Shown: positions 60,082 through 64,000 of the stretch, one piece after another
How positions within the stretch are numbered: position 1 is the first letter of the stretch
How the letters are laid out: each line of letters opens with the position of its first letter
Origin: Tubulanus polymorphus
Lineage: Eukaryota; Animalia; Nemertea
DNA length: 64,000 nucleotides
Reading direction: 5' to 3'
NCBI RefSeq assembly: GCF_964204645.1
Contig: NC_134026.1
Span: 13,700,050-13,764,049 of the forward strand
Notes under the pieces: generated by a model
Database searches by the model: none
The model's input: only the letters and a program-made list of their open reading frames with translations
What the model was told of the DNA's origin: nothing
Made by a program: the position numbers and the translations under genes

Positions 60082-63000
60082 TTAACACGCTAGAATCCTT
60101 TTCATAATCTCATTTTCTTTTGTTTCTTCTCTTTTGAATTTTATATATTCATCTAAATTGCAACCATAGGCGACTGTGTGGATTCCATCATCTAAAATAT
60201 ATCTTTTATCATCAAATGGGTTTAGACTTATCTTTTCAATTTCTTCAATATACATTTCATGATCTTCAGATCTCAAACATTTCATCTTATGTTTTCTAAC
60301 TTCTTCATTAAATATACAATTGATGTAATCTTTGAAATGAATATTCTTTTCTACTACACTTTTGGTTATTCCTTTTAACTTTTTAGCTTCATGTTCTTTA
60401 GTTTTATATGAATACATTTTAGATCTAATACCTATGAACTCTATCATTTCTTCACCACCTAATTCATCTTTGAATTTACCGGGAACTTTTTTATTATCAT
60501 TGCTAAACAATTCATGATTTTTAGGATAGTTACTGAAATCAAAATGATGATTTAATATTTTTAAATCATCTCTTATATTATCACTTTTTATCTTTAATAT
60601 GTAAGAATCTGTATCAAAGTATAGAATTTCTATATGTTTTTCCCCAAAATGGGGTTGCAATACATTATAATAGAATTCATACATCAATAGCTTTGAAATT
60701 TCTAAAACCGATGCTCCAACATAAATAGGTTTATTGAACTTCATAGAAGTTCTTTTTAATTTAACTGCAGCTAAATTTTCATCAAATATTCTATTACCTA
60801 TGAATTTCGGATACGATTGTAAATGCCTTATCCTTTTACCATTACTAACTAACTCAATATCATTTCTATTTCTAATATTTTCACATGTTTTTCCATAAAA
60901 CGCATTATTCATCAATTTAAAAAATCCTTCTCAAAATCTGTTTTTGCTTCAGTTCTCTGTGTAGTATTAAAATCTATATATTTTTCAAACCACTTAGATT
61001 GACTAAATGAAATATATCTATGTACTTTTTTTAATATCATTCCTTGTCTCAAATAAAACTTCAACATTCTATAATGTACTACATAATTATATTTATCTTC
61101 TTGAGTTACCATTAACTTTTCAGTATGAATATGATTATCGGGTTTAATTCTTTTTTGATAATTTGATAATTCTTCATGTTTAACAGTTTTATGTTCGGGA
61201 CAATATGCTAGATTTCTAGATTTGAATTTAATATTTTCAGGGTATTCTAAATCTACAACGAAGAAGTAACCAGTATCTGAATCATCTGCAATATCTAGGA
61301 TTCTTTTCTTCCAATCAGTAAAACTTCAGTTATTTCAAACATCCCATAAGGTTGTGGTTCCATCATTGCCCAACCATAAAGATTATTTGCATCTATGTAT
61401 AATAATTTATATCCAGGATTATCATTTACATTGAAATATCTATCACCTAATACACCTGAAACACCTCCTCTTATAGATTTTTCAAATAATAGTAATTGAT
61501 CTATATTTGTTAACAAATCCATTTTTATATCTGTAAATTTTAAACCACAATCCCAAGTTAATCCTGGTGATGAATAACAATGACAAGGATCAATATTGAA
61601 ATATTTTAGGTTTACATCTCTAAACCTTTCAAATATATCGGTTAATAATAATACATCTGATTTTAAATATAAATCTACTAATTGCCCATGATTTTCTATT
61701 TTGAAATGATTCCAAATATTCAATGTTCTATTATAGACTTCATCTTTAACATATTCATTTTTTAATTCATCATAAAATTGTTCTTTTAATAATTCAGTTA
61801 TTTTAAAATCATTATGATTTTTATAGAAAGAATATGGAATTGCTCCTTTATATCTCATTAATTTAAAATCATCATTATTTGGGTAATATTCTTTTAATAT
61901 CTTTAATTCATCATCAACTAATGATTTTGATAAGTTATCTAATGAACTATTTAAAAATCTATATGAATCTATAAATCTTAAACAACCAAATTGGAATGAT
62001 ATATAATTCTCAGATGTTTTAGCTAACATTCTAAATTTATAAGTTGGTATTTTATCTTTTGATCTATTTGAATTTAATATTTCTATTTCATTATTGATTT
62101 CTTCTATTTTATAACATAGCTGTTTGATAAATAAATGTGCATCATATCCTGATAGATTATGAAATATAACTGGTACAAAGTTAATTTTCTTAGCTTGTAA
62201 GTTACAATTCTCATGTGCAGCGCCTCTAAACTTTCCATTCAAATGATCATGGTCTCTTACTTTTTTATCTTTATAATTAAATATCTTTTCACAATAATAA
62301 CATTTATCTGCAAACGCAAATACTTCTTTATCTTCTTCTGTCATTATAATTTCTATATTTTTATTTAACTTTTCATTAAATCTTATTTCATATTCAATTA
62401 ATAAGTCACAAAAATGATTGATAACATTTTCATTTCTGTAATTATAATATTCACTTTTAATTAGTTCTGGATAATTAGATTTAATATATAACCCGAAAGC
62501 TGCAGCTGATTGATGAATCTTTTTAATAGTATTTGTTTTTGGTGGTTCTTCTGAATAATCACTTTCATTAGAATTTAATTTCTTTCTTTTATAATATATA
62601 TCTTTTCTATCTTTATCTGTTAATTCTTTATTTAATGATTCAAAATCTCCATATATTACAAATGGTACTTTATTTTTGTAATCATATTTTTTGAATTCTA
62701 ATATTTTATCCTTTTCATTTGGTAAAACTAATTTACAATAATCATGATTATCACATAATTGTTTATGATTTAATAATGTACTTTCATTACTAAATTTATG
62801 TAAACATTTTCTACATAGATATATTTTATGGTGATCATTTTCTGTTCTAAAAAATAAATCTATTTGTTTAATCCACATATAATGATTCTCATAATATAGT
62901 ATATCTATAACATCATTTGAATCATAATCTTTTGATAGATATAAAGGTTCTAATGTATAATGTTTTATGTTGTTACCTTTTGTATTTGGTAATTTGATTA

Positions 63001-64000
63001 AATCAAATACATTTATCTTTATATTATTATCTCTTTCTATTTTTGGGATGTTTTTAATTCTAACAGGATACTTATCTATCTTATAATTATTTTCAAATTG
63101 TTTATAATGAGTTAATCTACAAATATTATAAGTTGCAGGATGTAAACAACTTATTATAGTCCATAGTAAACATTTATCATCAAAATTTTGTACATTTATT
63201 ACAGCATTAGTTTTAAATGGTAGTTTAATATAACTCGATGCTTCAATATCTGGTTCTTTATAATATGATACATTATTTTCATCAATTGGTTTTGATTTAG
63301 TTAACTTATTATATTTTGTGTTATAAACATGTAAAGTCATAAATATTATCTCATCAAATATTAAACCAGATCCTTCAAAATATTTCTCTTCTATTTTAGT
63401 TTTTATTTCATTATAACATTTATTTAATTTATCATCTATATGTTGTTTAGATATAATATGTTGTGAATGAGAATTTATATTATATATTGGTTTATCTTCA
63501 GATTTTATAAACTTTACTTTAACTGATATACTAAGTTTAGGATATTCAACATCAGTAATTATTTTTATAATATTTTTCATATTTTCTAAATGTTTTTTAT
63601 TTTCTTCTAATGTTTTTCCTTTATGAAATTTAAACTCGATAGCTGCTGGACCAATATCACTTTTAAATGCTTCGGTTATCTCTATATCTTTTTTATTATC
63701 TAATGAATTAATATAATTTCTTACATCTTCCATGTATGGTCTTTTATTGTTTAATTTATTTTTTATTCTTTTAATTGTCTTCTGTTTCTTATCGTTATCA
63801 TTATCAAAATAATCTTCACCTAAAATATCATTATTCTTATTTCTAATATGACTTATAGATTTTAAATGTTCTTTATAATATCTTTTATCACTGAATGATT
63901 GATTACATGTATCACATTTATATGTTTCTTTTTCATTCTTTAATTCTTCTAATTTAGTTTCTAATATATCATCTTTATATTCTAGTTTCAATTTATTCTC
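60082..64000 (-). pseudogene. Protein-primed family B DNA polymerase, two frameshifts (~61322, ~60920), 5' end outside the window
   Basis: Exo I YGDFES, Exo II FHNLSGYD, Exo III YLKSDV; Pol A YIDANNLYGWAM, B KLMNNAFYGKT, C YFDTDS; endonuclease-VII-like insert CYYC..RDHDHLNGKFRGAAHENCN. Confidence 0.95.

Larger units (their letters stand above)
45297..64000. mobile_element. Polinton/Maverick (adintovirus-like endogenous dsDNA virus) copy 2, near intact, runs off the window
   Basis: Begins AGT; very AT-rich; dense intronless genes in two convergent blocks: integrase and ATPase (+); MCP, penton and pPolB (-). Confidence 0.95.

Noticed and set aside
60912-60925. Programmed ribosomal frameshifting in pPolB or integrase
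   Set aside because: These genes are continuous in known Polintons; single-base loss by mutation or sequencing error is simpler.

Overview
AT-rich animal (probably marine invertebrate) genomic DNA made almost entirely of nested transposable elements; no host gene can be supported. 1-36.7 kb is a TE graveyard: a Gmr1-type (integrase-before-RT) Gypsy relic, about nine co-oriented Helentron-associated HINE copies with ~124-bp internal tandem arrays, an intron-containing Harbinger with TIRs, MITEs, LINE and Penelope fragments and Sola-like relics. 36.7-64 kb is a nested stack: a decayed Polinton/Maverick (adintovirus-like) fragment, interrupted by a BEL/Pao LTR element, whose 5' LTR is in turn cut by a second, nearly intact Polinton that runs off the right edge (integrase, packaging ATPase, major and minor capsid proteins, pPolB, HNH-like nuclease, several membrane proteins). 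Most notable: 14 of the 16 visible gene starts of this Polinton read TAAATG, with an upstream T-tract or A-tract, as in poxvirus late and intermediate promoters, and its left end is a 408-bp imperfect hairpin. My inference is an endogenous Polinton-like virus that may depend on a poxvirus-like helper for transcription. All family calls come from reading motifs, not from database searches.
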